The position numbers and the translations under genes are program-made. 64,000 bases of DNA from Eledone cirrhosa (lineage: Eukaryota): assembly GCA_964016885.1 (NCBI GenBank), contig OZ024748.1, forward strand, positions 51,894,001 through 51,958,000. The letters run 5' to 3'. Shown one piece after another: positions 13,790 to 28,641 of this stretch (position 1 is its first letter; every line of letters starts with the position of its first letter). The notes under the pieces are model-generated. The model worked only from the letters and a program-made list of their open reading frames with translations, made no database searches and was not told the origin of the DNA.

Positions 13790-14204
13790 ATGTATATATA
13801 TATATATATATATAATAACACACATATACATTATATATATATATATATGTGTGTGTAACTAAACAATGACACTACCAAATAAAATAATAAAACATAATTA
13901 TTAAAAATATAAAAATAGTACAAAAAGGGAAAATAGGAAATCTTTTCCCTTAAATTTCTAAACGTATAAAGCAGTGATTTATTTGTCTATTTTGACAAGT
14001 GAAATAAGCAAAAGTATTAACTGTGGGGTTTCACATTGAGGCCAGAGTCTGCGTCAAGTTACAAAAATCTTCAGCTAATTGATTTAGTATCAGCTCAAAT
14101 CTCAGCTGATTGTTGGATATTTTTCTTTTTTTAAGTTACATCACCGTGTAATTAACTGCATTCTCAACAAAAAATAAATACAGGAAAACATGAAAGAAAA
14201 AACA

Positions 14205-15350
14205 AGAACAACAACAACAATGAAAATATCACCTCCACCACCAACAACAGAAACAATAATATCACCATCACCATCATCAACAGAAACAATATTATCACCA
14301 CCACCACCATCAACAGTAACAATAATATCACCACCACCACCACCACAAATAATAATATCACCACCACCACCACCACAAATAATAATATCACCATCACCAC
14401 CACCAACAGTAACAATAATATCACCATCACCACCAACAGCAACAATAATATCACCACCACCACCAACAACAACAACAACATCACCACCACCAACAGCAAT
14501 AATAATATCACCACCACCAAGAACAAAAACAACAATAGCACCACCACCACCAACACCACCACCACCAAGAAGAAAAGTAACAGTAACAACACCACCAGGA
14601 AGAGTAACAACAACAATCTCAAAGTCATCAACAACACCAAGACCACCACTAACAATAATAGTGACAACATGGCCTCCTCCACCAAAACTTCCACCACCAA
14701 TGACAACAGCAACCCCACCAACATCACCACCACCAATGACAACAGAAACAAATACAACAACAACATGACCACCACCACCACCAACAACAACAAATACAAC
14801 AACAACCCCATCACCACCAACCACCAACAACAACAACAACAACATGACCACCAACAACAACAACAACAACAACAACATGACCACCACCAACAACAACAAC
14901 AACAACAACATGACCACCACCAACAACAACAACAACAACAACAGCAGCAGCAACAACACCACCACCACCACCAACAACAAACAACAGAAACAAATACAAC
15001 AACAACATGACCACCACCAATGACAACAACAACAGAAACAAATACAACAACAACAACATGACCACCTCCACCAACAACACCACCAGCAATGACAACAACA
15101 GAAACAACAACATGACTACCACCACCACCACCACCAACAACAACATGACCAACAACAACAACAACAACCCCATCACCACCAACCAACAACAACAACAACA
15201 GAAACAAATACAGCAACAACAACAACAACAACAGAAACAACAACGTGACCACCACCACCACCAATGACAACAGAAACAACAACAACAACATGACCACCTC
15301 CACCACCACCACCACCACCACCACCAGAAACAATTACAACAACAACAATA
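14205..15350. repeat. Complex (ACC/AAC)n trinucleotide array
   Basis: Direct reading. Confidence 0.9.
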
Positions 15351-15538
15351 ACATTAAGACAGATAGATAAATAAATATATTGAAAAGTATTCTTTTTTCT
15401 GTATTTGAGACAGAATTAAATATATAACATCTTGGAATGAATCAAGCTGGCATCACATTTTCTTAACCTTCTAGATGATGATGATGATGATAAGATGAAG
15501 AGTTCTTATATATACATACATACATACATACATACATA

Positions 15539-15601
<63 letters not shown>

Positions 15602-16130
15602 ATATATATAATCATCATTATATTTATATATATATATATATGTGTGTGTATATATATTTATATATATTTATGTATGTGTGTATTTATACATATATATATA
15701 TATTTCTATATATATATATATATATATGTATATTTCATTTGTGGTTATGTATTATTGTTATTATTAAATAATAATAGTTTCTTTATTTACCATAAGGGTG
15801 GCAGTTGAAGGTGACATTACGAGGACAAATTACAAAACCCAGTAGGGGTTTGAAGGAGGAGGAGAAAAAAAGGAAGAAAAAGAAAAAATAAAAAGAATAA
15901 AAAAGAAAAAATAAAAAGAAAAAAAAGAAAAAAGAAAAAATAAGAAAAGAAAGAATAAGAAAAAGAAAGAAAAAGAAGGAAAAAATAAGAAAAAGAAAAA
16001 GACGAAATGTATTTGGCTTTTCCTAAAACGTTTCTTCTCATTGTTATTTGTTTAATATATTTTTTGTATTAAATTTTATCTGTTTAATATATATATATAT
16101 ATGAGAGGGGGAGAGACACACACACACACA

Positions 16131-16184
<54 letters not shown>

Positions 16185-16557
16185 TTTTTATTAGCATGAG
16201 TCAGCATAAGTTTTCCATCAAGTGAGTAACTGATTTTGGAATTGTCATCTCATTTTTTAAAATTCGTTTACTTCATCTCTTTGCCACCTTTGGGTGTATG
16301 AGAAATTCTTTTAAGTTATTTACTATTTTAATGATTTCAGTCATAGGACTGTGACCATACTGGAGCCCTGCATTCAAGTGTTTTAAACCTTTTGATACCA
16401 ACCACTCCTGGCTCTAAAATAAGTCTGCGTGCATTTATAAAGGAAAAAAAAAACTTCCATCATCATCACACTCTCTCTCTCCATCTCTCCATATATATAT
16501 ATAGAGAGAGATGGAGAGAGTGTGATGATGGAAGTTTTATTTATATATATATATATA

Positions 16558-17000
16558 TGACCCAAGAAGACCTGGGATGAGGTGATAAAAGCCGACCTTA
16601 CCCAATTACACTTCTCAAAGGCGATGACACATGCCCGTGACCTCTGGCGTCACGCAGTAATACAGAGTACCCGACCTCCCATGGGTACAAGCTGAAACAT
16701 ATAGACAATATGCCCCCACACCCTCCCACTGCAAGGTGGTTGTGGAGGTGCCACAGCAAAAAAGCACCCAGCCCACACTGTAAAGTAGACGTGTAGGCGC
16801 CACGGAAAAAAGTACCCAGCCCTCACTGTAAATGAGGTTGGTGTTAGGAAGGGCATCCAGCTGTAGAAATCAAGCCAAAATCAGTTCCTGTATGAGCAAG
16901 GCATGGTCAGCCGACCAGACACTGCCCACAACAGGACAACCCGTCTAACCCATGCTAGCATGGAAGAACGGACGTAAAACGGTGATGATGATGATGATGA

Positions 17001-17004
<4 letters not shown>
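16558..17004 (+). mobile_element. 5'-truncated RTE LINE 3' end ('RTE-A' type, long 3' UTR)
   Basis: Encodes PKKTWDEVIKADLTQLHFSKAMTHARDLWRHAV (cf. [34 protein letters not shown]). Followed by tandem ~50-nt GTGG..GGTGCCAC..AAAAAGCACCCAGC..ACTGTAAA units, TTAGGAAGGGCATCCAGC and a (GAT)n tail; flanked by (TA)n. Confidence 0.88.
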
Positions 17005-17032
<28 letters not shown>

Positions 17033-17037
<5 letters not shown>

Positions 17038-17305
17038 TGCCCAGCCCACTCTGTATAGTGGTCATGTATGTGCGAAGATAAAAACACCCAGCCCACATTG
17101 TAAAGTGGTCGTGTAGGTGTCATGACAAAAAGCCCCCAGCACATACTGTAAATGTGGCTGGCATTTGGAAGGGCATCCAGCTGTTGAAACCAAGCCAAAA
17201 TCAGCCGTGTGTCAACGAAACACGGTCCTCCGACTTGATCTCTCCCAAAGGGACATCCCATCCTACTCATGCTAGCATGGAAAATGGACGTTAAATGAAG
17301 ATGAT
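17033..17305 (+). mobile_element. RTE-type 3' UTR fragment / non-autonomous element (diverged subfamily)
   Basis: Same tandem units, GAAGGGCATCCAGC motif and CATGCTAGCATGGAAAATGGACGTTAAATGA tail as RTE-A. Confidence 0.7.
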
Positions 17306-17639
17306 AAATGCATGTGTATATATGTGTGTCCTCTGCTGTTGCTATGTCAGCCATGAGAAATTATCCATTGTATATTAGATTCAAGTGAGAAATCACATTG
17401 CATTGGTATGAGTTCAAAATGCTGTCCTGACCAAAATGTAACATTCACTTTATGAAAATTACTCTGCAGTCATCAATATTGCAAGCTCAAACTTCAAAGC
17501 CACTGCCACTTGTCTACTTAAAAAATAAATTTCTATGGACCAGTATTGAGTGCTCAACCATTGAATGCTTCAATGTTTTAAATACTACGGAATTTTGAAC
17601 ACATTCTTTTGTATGTAAGTATATATATCGACAGTCGAT

Positions 17640-17815
17640 CAACTTTCGTCAAATTGGACTGAGGAAACAATGCTTCCATTGGTCTTTCCAATTGCTAAGA
17701 GCTACGTGAAATAAAGTGTCTTGCCCAAGAACACAAACACATTGCTCGGTTCTGGAATTGAACTCACAACCTCATGATTGTGAATCCAATTCTCTAACCA
17801 CTCAGCCACACACCT
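17640..17815 (-). mobile_element. CORE-SINE family C (third tail type)
   Basis: Head and core on the minus strand, followed by tail CAATGGAAGCATTG..CAGTCCAATTTGACGAA also present at 33065-33200 (-) and 63640-63770 (+). Confidence 0.65.
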
Positions 17816-18304
17816 TATATATATATAGTTACCCAATATATATAGTTACCTTATATATATATAGTTACCTGAATTATCTCTAGGTGTGCTGTTCATATTA
17901 TCTTTACTCCTGTTGAAAAGCCCCGAGATTCTATGATACAGCCACTAATTTTCAGCGAAACAAACTATTTGTAGTTTGTCCACGAGTTTAATAGAAATTG
18001 AAATGGTTAGTACATTTTAATTCACTTTTTTAGGTTATTATGTATTTTCCGTTTTTTTCGCCGATTACATGCATTGCACCACAATGGTTTTCACCCCATG
18101 TAATTAAAAAGCACACTTCTTTGTGTGTTCATTTCTAAACATCTGATGAAGGGTTTCTTCTCTTGTTTTGTCCATATTACCATCTTAAATTTTTTTTACA
18201 GTAACCACACAGCTCGCTTCATTTCTTGTAATTATATATATATATATATATATATGTAGATAAATCTACCAAGAGTTTACGGTAGTGTCCAATCCGTATG
18301 AATG

Positions 18305-18819
<515 letters not shown>

Positions 18820-18953
18820 TATATATATATATATTTAAGAGTTAAACAAGGTTCAATGAATACATCAAAGAATGAGTTTTACAATAGATTGGATTACTAC
18901 CTTGATTGAATCTTAACCATCTACTATGTCAGGGTATGTCATGTATCATTTTA

Positions 18954-19016
18954 TTTTATCTGATGAGGTCGTACTGTTGAACTTAACTCAGTACCTCTGA
19001 AATATGTATAATAAAA
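18954..19016 (+). ncRNA. Type I hammerhead ribozyme motif (intact core)
   Basis: TTTTAT-CTGATGA-GGtcGTACTG(12 nt)CAGTACctCT-GAAA-TATGTA-TA^ATAAAA. Confidence 0.62.
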
Positions 19017-19054
19017 ATATAATTGATCACAAGAATATCTATTTTGTTAATATT

Positions 19055-19106
<52 letters not shown>

Positions 19107-19449
19107 TTACACCGGTGTAGAGTCACCAAAAAGTATATGTAATGTGTTTACCTGGTGTCCATATCTATATCAGTTCTGTTGATTAAAAAAAACAAAACGC
19201 TCATCATTGAAACAGGTGGAGGCCCATTCCTTCCTTAACAATACCATCTCATATTGATTGCTGTTTATTTTATTGATCTTAGTTGGTTTATTTCTCTCTG
19301 CCATTTCTTTCAGACATATCTCAAAGATATTAAAACATCTTTGACCAACCATTACTGCCAAAAAGCCTGTTGTTGTTGTTGTTGTTGTTGTTTTTAATGC
19401 TGATATTGTTGTCAATATTACTGGGCTTGTCACACTTTTTGTCATTTGT

Positions 19450-20280
19450 GCAGTAATAGTTCTAGCAGTAGTAGTGGTAGTAGGAGTGGTGGTTGCAGCA
19501 GTGATGGTGGTGGTAGTAGTAATGGTAGTAGTGGAGGTGGTAGTAGTAGTAGTAGTAATGGTGGTGGTGGTGGTAGCAGCAGTGATGGTGGGGGTTGCAG
19601 CAGTGATGGTGGTGGTGGTAGTAATGGTAGTAGTGGAGGTGGTAGTAGTAGTAGTAGTAATGGTGGTGGTGGTAGCAGCAGTGATGGTGGTGGTAGAAGT
19701 AGTAGTGGTGAATGTGTAGTTGCAGCAGGAGTGAGAGTAGTGGTGGTGGTAAGATTAGTGGTGGTGGTAATAGTAGTAGTGGTAATAGTTGTAGTGATGG
19801 TGGTGGGGGCAGAAGTAATAATAGTAGTAGTGGTGATGGTGGTGGTGGTGGTAGTAATAGTGGTGGTGGTGGTGGTAAGAGTAGTGATAGTAGTAGTAGT
19901 AATAATGGCAGTGGTGGTGATAAAAGTAGTAGTAGTAATGGCAGTGGTGTTGGTAAAGGTAGTAGTAGTAATAGTGATGGCAGAGGCGGTAGTAAAGGTA
20001 GTAGTAGTAGTGATGGCAGTGGTGGTGGTAAAGGTAGTAGTAGTAATAGTGATGGCAGAGGTGGTAGTAAGGGTAGTAGTAGTAGTAGTAGTGATGGCAG
20101 TGGTGGTGGTAAAGGTAGTAGTAGTAATAGTGATGGCAGAGGTGGTAGTAAGGGTAGTAGTAGTGATGGCAGTGGTGGTGGTAAAAGTAGTAGTAGTAGT
20201 GATGGCAGTGGTGGTGATAAAAGTAATAGTAGTAGTAGTAGTAGTAGTAGTCGTAATGGCAGTGGTGGTGGTAAAAGTAA
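19450..20280. repeat. Complex (GGT/AGT)n array
   Basis: Direct reading. Confidence 0.9.
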
Positions 20281-21149
20281 TATTTATTTTTATTCTTGTT
20301 TTTTTTATCATGTACTTGTTTGTTTTTGATGTTACTTTTTGTTTCTTCTGTAGTTCATTCCTCTGCCATTTCTCTCTCTCAGAGATCTCAGAGTTATCTC
20401 CAAGACATTAAACACCACTTACCAACCACCAACCACCCAATGGTCAAACCAAGTCCAGTCCAGTCTGGTCCGGTCAATCATCGGTTGAAGAAGCAAACCA
20501 ATGAAGCAATGAAACCAGAAACAAAAGACAATATTTTCCATCCCCCACCACCACACCCCTACCCCACACCCCTACACTACACCCCAACCCCTTATATTAC
20601 TGTTCATGTCAAATATAACTAAGTCGAGTCAGACATCAGAGGAATGGGGAGAGGAGGGGGTTAATGTGGCCACTACCACCACCACCACTAGCCAGCAATG
20701 ACCACCACCACCTTTAGACATCAACCAGAAACTCCACAACCACCATCTTTAGAAAGCCCTGACTCCACCAACCCCTTTATCAGCTACCAGCACAACCACC
20801 GCCATTAACCCCCAACCATTATCATCACCGCCAACAACAACAACCTCTACTACTACCACCCATACCACTACACACCATTAAACATAAACGAACTTCACCA
20901 TCAGCTCTAACCATCAACTAAAGCCGCCATTACTAACCCAACCACTGCCACCACCACGCACTACACTTCTAACCATCAACCAAAGCCACCACATTCAATG
21001 ACAACCATCAATACCATCACCAATACAATCAACATTACCTCTACCTTCGATAACTACCATCACCACCATCAACAACACAACAACAGCAACCACCGTCACC
21101 CTCCATCACTTCCACCACTTTCAAAAACAACCAGCAACCACCATCGTGA

Positions 21150-22128
21150 CCACCTTCCACCACTACAACCACCAACACAGCTACCACCACCACCACCACA
21201 GCTACCCCCATCACTGCCACTACCACCAAACACAGCCACCAACACCACCACCACCACCACCACCACCACAGCTACCCCCATCACTGCCACCAAACACAGC
21301 CACCACCACCACCACAGCCACCACCAGAGCTACCACCACCACCACCACAGCTACCCCCATCACTGCCACTACCACCAAACACAGCCACCACCACCACCAC
21401 AGCCACCACCACCACCACAGCCACCACCTACCACCACCAAGCACAACCATCTACCACCACGACAGCCACCAACACTGCCACCACAGCCACCACCACCACG
21501 ACAGCCACCAACACTGCCACCACAGCCACCACCACCACCACAGCTACCACCACCACAGCTACCAGCACCACCGCTACCACCACCACCACCACTACCAGCA
21601 CCACCACTACCACAGCTACCACCACAGCCACCACCACTACCACAGCCACCACCACCACCACCACTACCACAGCTACCACCACAGCCACCACCACTACCAC
21701 AGCTACCACCACAGCCACCACCACTACCACCGCCACCACCACCACCACCACTACCACAGCCACCACCACCACTACCACAGCTACCACCACAGCCACCACC
21801 ACTACCACAGCCACCACCACCACCACCACTACCACAGCTACCACCACAGCCACCACCACCACCACTACCACAGCCACCACCACCACCACCACAGCTACCA
21901 CCACAGCCACCACCACCACCACTACCACAGCCACCACCACCACTACCACAGCTACCACCACAGCCACCACCACCACCACTACCACAGCCACCACCACCAC
22001 TACCACAGCTACCACCACAGCCACCACCACCACCACTACCACAGCCACCACCACCACCACCACTACCACAGCTACCACCACCACCACTACCACCACCACT
22101 ACCACCACCACCACCACCACCACCACCC
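21150..22128. repeat. Complex (ACC)n array with CAG/CTA interruptions
   Basis: Direct reading. Confidence 0.9.
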
Positions 22129-22301
22129 TTAACTCATCATGCTGTTGTTGAAAAATATTTGCAAAATTGCTTTTCTGAAGTAATTGTCCCTAGATTGGCC
22201 GAAATTCCCTGGCAACAACACACCACACGGATAAATACATCGTTTCTTAAACGTGTGTGTGTGTATGCATCGGAATGTGTGTATGTGTGCGTGTATAAAT
22301 G

Positions 22302-22382
<81 letters not shown>

Positions 22383-22433
22383 TCATCATTTTATGTCTGC
22401 TTTTCCCTGTTTGCAAGGGTTAGATATACATAC

Positions 22434-22491
<58 letters not shown>

Positions 22492-22578
22492 GATATATGT
22501 GTGCGTGTGTTTATATGAATGTATTTGCTAGTCGGGGAAAAATGGGTGTTAAATGATGATGTATGTGTGTGCATGTAT

Positions 22579-22636
<58 letters not shown>

Positions 22637-22675
22637 TGAAACAAAATGAAAACGAAATTTCATTTCTCACTCTTA

Positions 22676-22724
<49 letters not shown>

Positions 22725-22829
22725 CACACATGTGTGTAGAAAATGTAGTGTGCAACAGATCTCTATATGACAATGGAGGTTTCTCATTTTTGGGACCTCT
22801 AAATTTTCTCTCTTCCAATCAACCAGCAT

Positions 22830-23730
22830 CATTACCACCACTACTACCACCACCACTACTACAAATACCACCCCTACTATGACCACTTGTACCACCACTG
22901 CTATCACCACCACTACTACAAATACCACCCCTACTATGACCACTTGTACCACCACTGCTATCACCACCACCACTACAAATACCACCCCTACTATGACCAC
23001 TTGTATCACCACCACTACTACAAATACCACCCCTACTATGACCACTTGTACCACCACTGCTATCACCACCACTACTACAAATACTACCCCTACTATGACC
23101 ACTTGTACCACCACTGCTATCACCACCACTACTACAAATACCACCCCTACTATGACCACTTGTACCACCACTGCTATTACTACCTCTACCACCACTACTA
23201 CAAATACCACCCCTACTATCACCACTTGTACTACCACTGCTATTACCACCGCTACCACCACTACTACAAATACCACCCCTACTATCACCACTTGTACCAC
23301 CACTGCTATTACCACCGCTACCACCACTACTGCAAATACCGCCCCTACTATCACCACTTGTACTATCACCACTACTACAAATACCTTACTATCACCACCA
23401 CCACCACTACTACAAACAATTCACTATCACCACCACTACCACCACCACCACTACTACAAACACCCCACAAACACCACCACTACCACCACCACAACTACTA
23501 CAAACACCCCACTATCACCAGCACTACCACCACCACTACTACTACAAACACCCCACTATCACCACCACTACTACAAACACCCCACTATTACCACCACTAC
23601 CACAACCACTACTACCACCACTACTACTACAAACACCCCACTATCATCACCACCCCCAGCCTTACACACAACCACCTCTACAACCAATCACCACCATCCC
23701 TACTACTACCGATACCACCACTGTCTTATA
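22830..23730. repeat. ACC/ACT-derived minisatellite (ACAAATACCACCCCTACTATGACCACTTGTACCACCACTGCTAT...)
   Basis: About nine 45-70 bp units abutting the 28-bp satellite. Confidence 0.85.
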
Positions 23731-23769
23731 ACACTATAGTGGAATATGTGATATCATCATAACTTCACT

Positions 23770-26700
23770 GTTAACCATCAGAACACCAGTACATATAGTT
23801 AACCATCAGGAGAGCAGTACATATAGTTAACCATCAGGAGAGCAGTACATATAGTTAACCATTAGGAGAGCAGTACATATAGTTAACCATTAGGAGAGCA
23901 GTACATATAGTTAACTATTAGGAGAGCAGTACATATAGTTAACCATTAGGAGAGCAGTACATATTGTTAACCATTAGGAGAGCAGTACATATAGTTAACC
24001 ATCAGGAGAGCAGTACATATAGTTAACCATCAGGAGAGCAGTACATATAGTTAACCATTAGGAGAGCAGTACATATTGTTAACCATCAGGAGAGCAGTAC
24101 ATATAGTTAACCATTTGGAGAGCAGTACATATAGTTAACCATTAGGAGAGCAGTACATATTGTTAACCATTAGGAGAGCAGTACATATAGTTAACTATCA
24201 GGAGAGCAGTACATATAGTTAACCATTAGGAGAGCAGTACATATAGTTAACCATCAGGAGAGCAGTACATATAGTTAACCATCAGGAGTGCAGTACATAT
24301 AGTTAACCATTAGGAGAGCAGTACATATAGTTAACCATTAGGAGAGCAGTACATATAGTTAACCATCAGGAGAGCAGTACATATAGTTAACCATTAGGAG
24401 TGCAGTACATATAGTTAACCATTAGGAGAGCAGTACATATAGTTAACCATTAGGAGAGCAGTACATATAGTTAACCATTAGGCGAGCAGTACATATAGTT
24501 AACCATCAGGAGAGCAGTACATATAGTTAACCATTAGGAGAGCAGTACATATAGTTAACCATTAGGAGAGCAGTACATATAGTTAACCATTAGGAGAGCA
24601 GTACATATAGTTAACCATTAGGAGTGCAGTACATATAGTTAACCATCAGGAGAGCAGTACATATAGTTAACCATCAGGAGAGCAGTACATATTGTTAACC
24701 ATTAGGAGAGCAGTACATATAGTTAACCATCAGCAGAGCAGTACATATAGTTAACCATTAGGAGTGCAGTACATATAGTTAACCATTAGGAGTGCAGTAC
24801 ATATAGTTAACCATTAGGAGAGCAGTACATATAGTTAACCATTAGGAGAGCAGTACATATAGTTAACCATTAGGAGAGCAGTACATATAGTTAACCATTA
24901 GGAGAGCAGTACATATAGTTAACCATTAGGAGAGCAGTACATATAGTTAACCATTAGGAGAGCAGTACATATAGTTAACCATTAGGAGAGCAGTACATAT
25001 TGTTAACCATTAGGAGAGCAGTACATATTGTTAACCATTAGGAGAGCAGTACATATAGTTAACCATCAGGAGAGCAGTACATATAGTTAACCATTAGGAG
25101 TGCAGTACATATAGTTAACCATTAGGAGTGCAGTACATATAGTTAACCATTAGGAGTGCAGTACATATAGTTAACCATTAGGAGAGCAGTACATATTGTT
25201 AACCATCAGGAGAGCAGTACATATAGTTAACCATTAGGAGAGCAGTACATATAGTTAACCATTAGGAGTGCAGTACATATAGTTAACCATTAGGAGAGCA
25301 GTACATATTGTTAACCATCAGGAGAGCAGTACATATAGTTAACCATTAGGAGTGCAGTACATATAGTTAACCATCAGGAGAGCAGTACATATAGTTAACC
25401 ATTAGGAGAGCAGTACATATAGTTAACCATTAGGAGTGCAGTACATATAGTTAACCATTAGGAGTGCAATACATATAGTTAACCATTAGGAGGGCAGTAC
25501 ATATTGTTAACCATCAGGAGAGCAGTACATATAGTTAACCATTAGGAGAGCAGTACATATTGTTAACCATTAGGAGAGCAGTACATATTGTTAACCATCA
25601 GACCACCAGTACCTACTGTTAACCATCAGAACACCAGTACCTACTGTTAACCATCAGAACACCAGTACCTACTGTTAACCATCAGAACACCAGTACAGTA
25701 CATACTGTTAACCATCAGGACACCAGTACAGTACATACTGTTAACCATCAGGAGAGCAGTACATACTGTTAACCATCAGGAGAGCAGTACATATAGTTAA
25801 CCATTAGGAGAGCAGTACATATAGTTAACCATTAGGAGAGCAGTACATATAGTTAACTATTAGGAGAGCAGTACATATAGTTAACCATTAGGAGAGCAGT
25901 ACATATTGTTAACCATTAGGAGAGCAGTACATATAGTTAACCATCAGGAGAGCAGTACATATAGTTAACCATCAGGAGAGCAGTACATATAGTTAACCAT
26001 TAGGAGAGCAGTACATATTGTTAACCATCAGGAGAGCAGTACATATAGTTAACCATTTGGAGAGCAGTACATATAGTTAACCATTAGGAGAGCAGTACAT
26101 ATTGTTAACCATTAGGAGAGCAGTACATATAGTTAACTATCAGGAGAGCAGTACATATAGTTAACCATTAGGAGAGCAGTACATATAGTTAACCATCAGG
26201 AGAGCAGTACATATAGTTAACCATCAGGAGTGCAGTACATATAGTTAACCATTAGGAGAGCAGTACATATAGTTAACCATTAGGAGAGCAGTACATATAG
26301 TTAACCATCAGGAGAGCAGTACATATAGTTAACCATTAGGAGTGCAGTACATATAGTTAACCATTAGGAGAGCAGTACATATAGTTAACCATTAGGAGAA
26401 CAGTACATATAGTTAACCATTAGGAGTGCAGTACATATAGTTAACCATTAGGCGAGCAGTACATATAGTTAACCATCAGGAGAGCAGTACATATAGTTAA
26501 CCATTAGGAGAGCAGTACATATAGTTAACCATTAGGAGAGCAGTACATATAGTTAACCATTAGGAGAGCAGTACATATAGTTAACCATTAGGAGTGCAGT
26601 ACATATAGTTAACCATCAGGAGAGCAGTACATATAGTTAACCATCAGGAGAGCAGTACATATTGTTAACCATTAGGAGAGCAGTACATATAGTTAACCAT

Positions 26701-28641
26701 CAGGAGAGCAGTACATATAGTTAACCATTAGGAGTGCAGTACATATAGTTAACCATTAGGAGTGCAGTACATATAGTTAACCATTAGGAGAGCAGTACAT
26801 ATAGTTAACCATTAGGAGAGCAGTACATATAGTTAACCATTAGGAGAGCAGTACATATAGTTAACCATTAGGAGAGCAGTACATATAGTTAACCATTAGG
26901 AGAGCAGTACATATAGTTAACCATTAGGAGAGCAGTACATATAGTTAACCATTAGGAGAGCAGTACATATTGTTAACCATTAGGAGAGCAGTACATATTG
27001 TTAACCATTAGGAGAGCAGTACATATAGTTAACCATCAGGAGAGCAGTACATATAGTTAACCATTAGGAGTGCAGTACATATAGTTAACCATTAGGAGTG
27101 CAGTACATATTGTTAACCATTAGGAGAGCAGTACATATAGTTAACCATTAGGAGTGCAGTACATATAGTTAACCATTAGGAGTGCAGTACATATAGTTAA
27201 CCATCAGGAGAGCAGTACATATAGTTAACCATTAGGAGAGCAGTACATATAGTTAACCATTAGGAGTGCAGTACATATAGTTAACCATTAGGAGTGCAGT
27301 ACATATAGTTAACCATTAGGAGAGCAGTACATATTGTTAACCATCAGGAGAGCAGTACATATAGTTAACCATTAGGAGAGCAGTACATATAGTTAACCAT
27401 TAGGAGTGCAGTACATATAGTTAACCATTAGGAGTGCAGTACATATAGTTAACCATTAGGAGAGCAGTACATATTGTTAACCATCAGGAGAGCAGTACAT
27501 ATAGTTAACCATTAGGAGTGCAGTACATATAGTTAACCATCAGGAGAGCAGTACATATAGTTAACCATTAGGAGAGCAGTACATATAGTTAACCATTAGG
27601 AGTGCAGTACATATAGTTAACCATTAGGAGTGCAATACATATAGTTAACCATTAGGAGGGCAGTACATATTGTTAACCATCAGGAGAGCAGTACATATAG
27701 TTAACCATTAGGAGAGCAGTACATATTGTTAACCATTAGGAGAGCAGTACATATAGTTAACCATCAGGAGAGCAGTACATATAGTTAACCATTAGGAGTG
27801 CAGTACATATTGTTAACCATTAGGAGAGCAGTACATATAGTTAACCATCAGGAGAGCAGTACATATAGTTAACCATTAGGAGAGCAGTACATATTGTTAA
27901 CCATCAGACCACCAGTACCTACTGTTAACCATCAGAACACCAGTACCTACTGTTAACCATCAGAACACCAGTACCTACTGTTAACCATCAGAACACCAGT
28001 ACAGTACATACTGTTAACCATCAGGACACCAGTACAGTACATACTGTTAACCATCAGGAGAGCAGTACATACTGTTAACCATCAGGAGAGCAGTACATAT
28101 TGTTAACCATCAGGAGAGCAGTACATATTGTTAACTACCCGTACACCAGTACATACTGTTAACCATCAGAACAACAGTATAATACATATTATTAACCATC
28201 AGGACACCAGTACAGTACATACTGTTAACCATCAGGACACCAGTACAGTACATACTGTTAACCATCAGAACACCAGTACCTACTGTTAACCATCAGAACA
28301 CCAGTACCTACTGTTAACCATCAGGACACCAGTACATACTGTTAACCATCAGGACACCAGTACATACTGTTAACCATCAGGACACCAGTACCTACTGTTA
28401 ACCATCAGTACACCAGTAAAGTACATACTGTTAACCATCAGGACACCAGTACAGTACATACTGTTAACCATCAGGACACCAGTACAGTACATACTGTTAA
28501 CCATCAGGACACCAGTTTATACTGTTAACCATCAGGACACCTGTACAGTATATACTGTTAACCATCAGGACACCAGTACAGTACATACTGTTAACCATCA
28601 GTACACCAGTACAGTACATACTGTTAACCATCAGGAGAGCA
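23770..28641. repeat. 28-bp tandem satellite GTTAACCAT(T/C)AGGAG(A/T)GCAGTACATAT(A/T), roughly 170 units
   Basis: GTTAAC recurs every 28 nt (e.g. 23826, 23854). Variant 28/33-bp units (..CAGAACACCAGTAC..) at 25600-25760 and 27900-28620. Confidence 0.97.

Noticed and set aside
18143-18215. CTGATGAAGGG box (also CTGAAGAGTC at 56791 and CTGATGAGG at 63006)
   Set aside because: No correctly placed GAAA/stem III; the 63006 case lies inside a SINE.
23826-23845. Telomere-like TTAGG/TAACC within the 28-mer
   Set aside because: Single pentamers in opposite orientation within a longer unit; not a telomeric tandem array.
23770-28641. CRISPR-like array (28-bp repeats with a palindromic core)
   Set aside because: Units are contiguous with no unique spacers, there are no cas genes, and the context is eukaryotic: it is a satellite.
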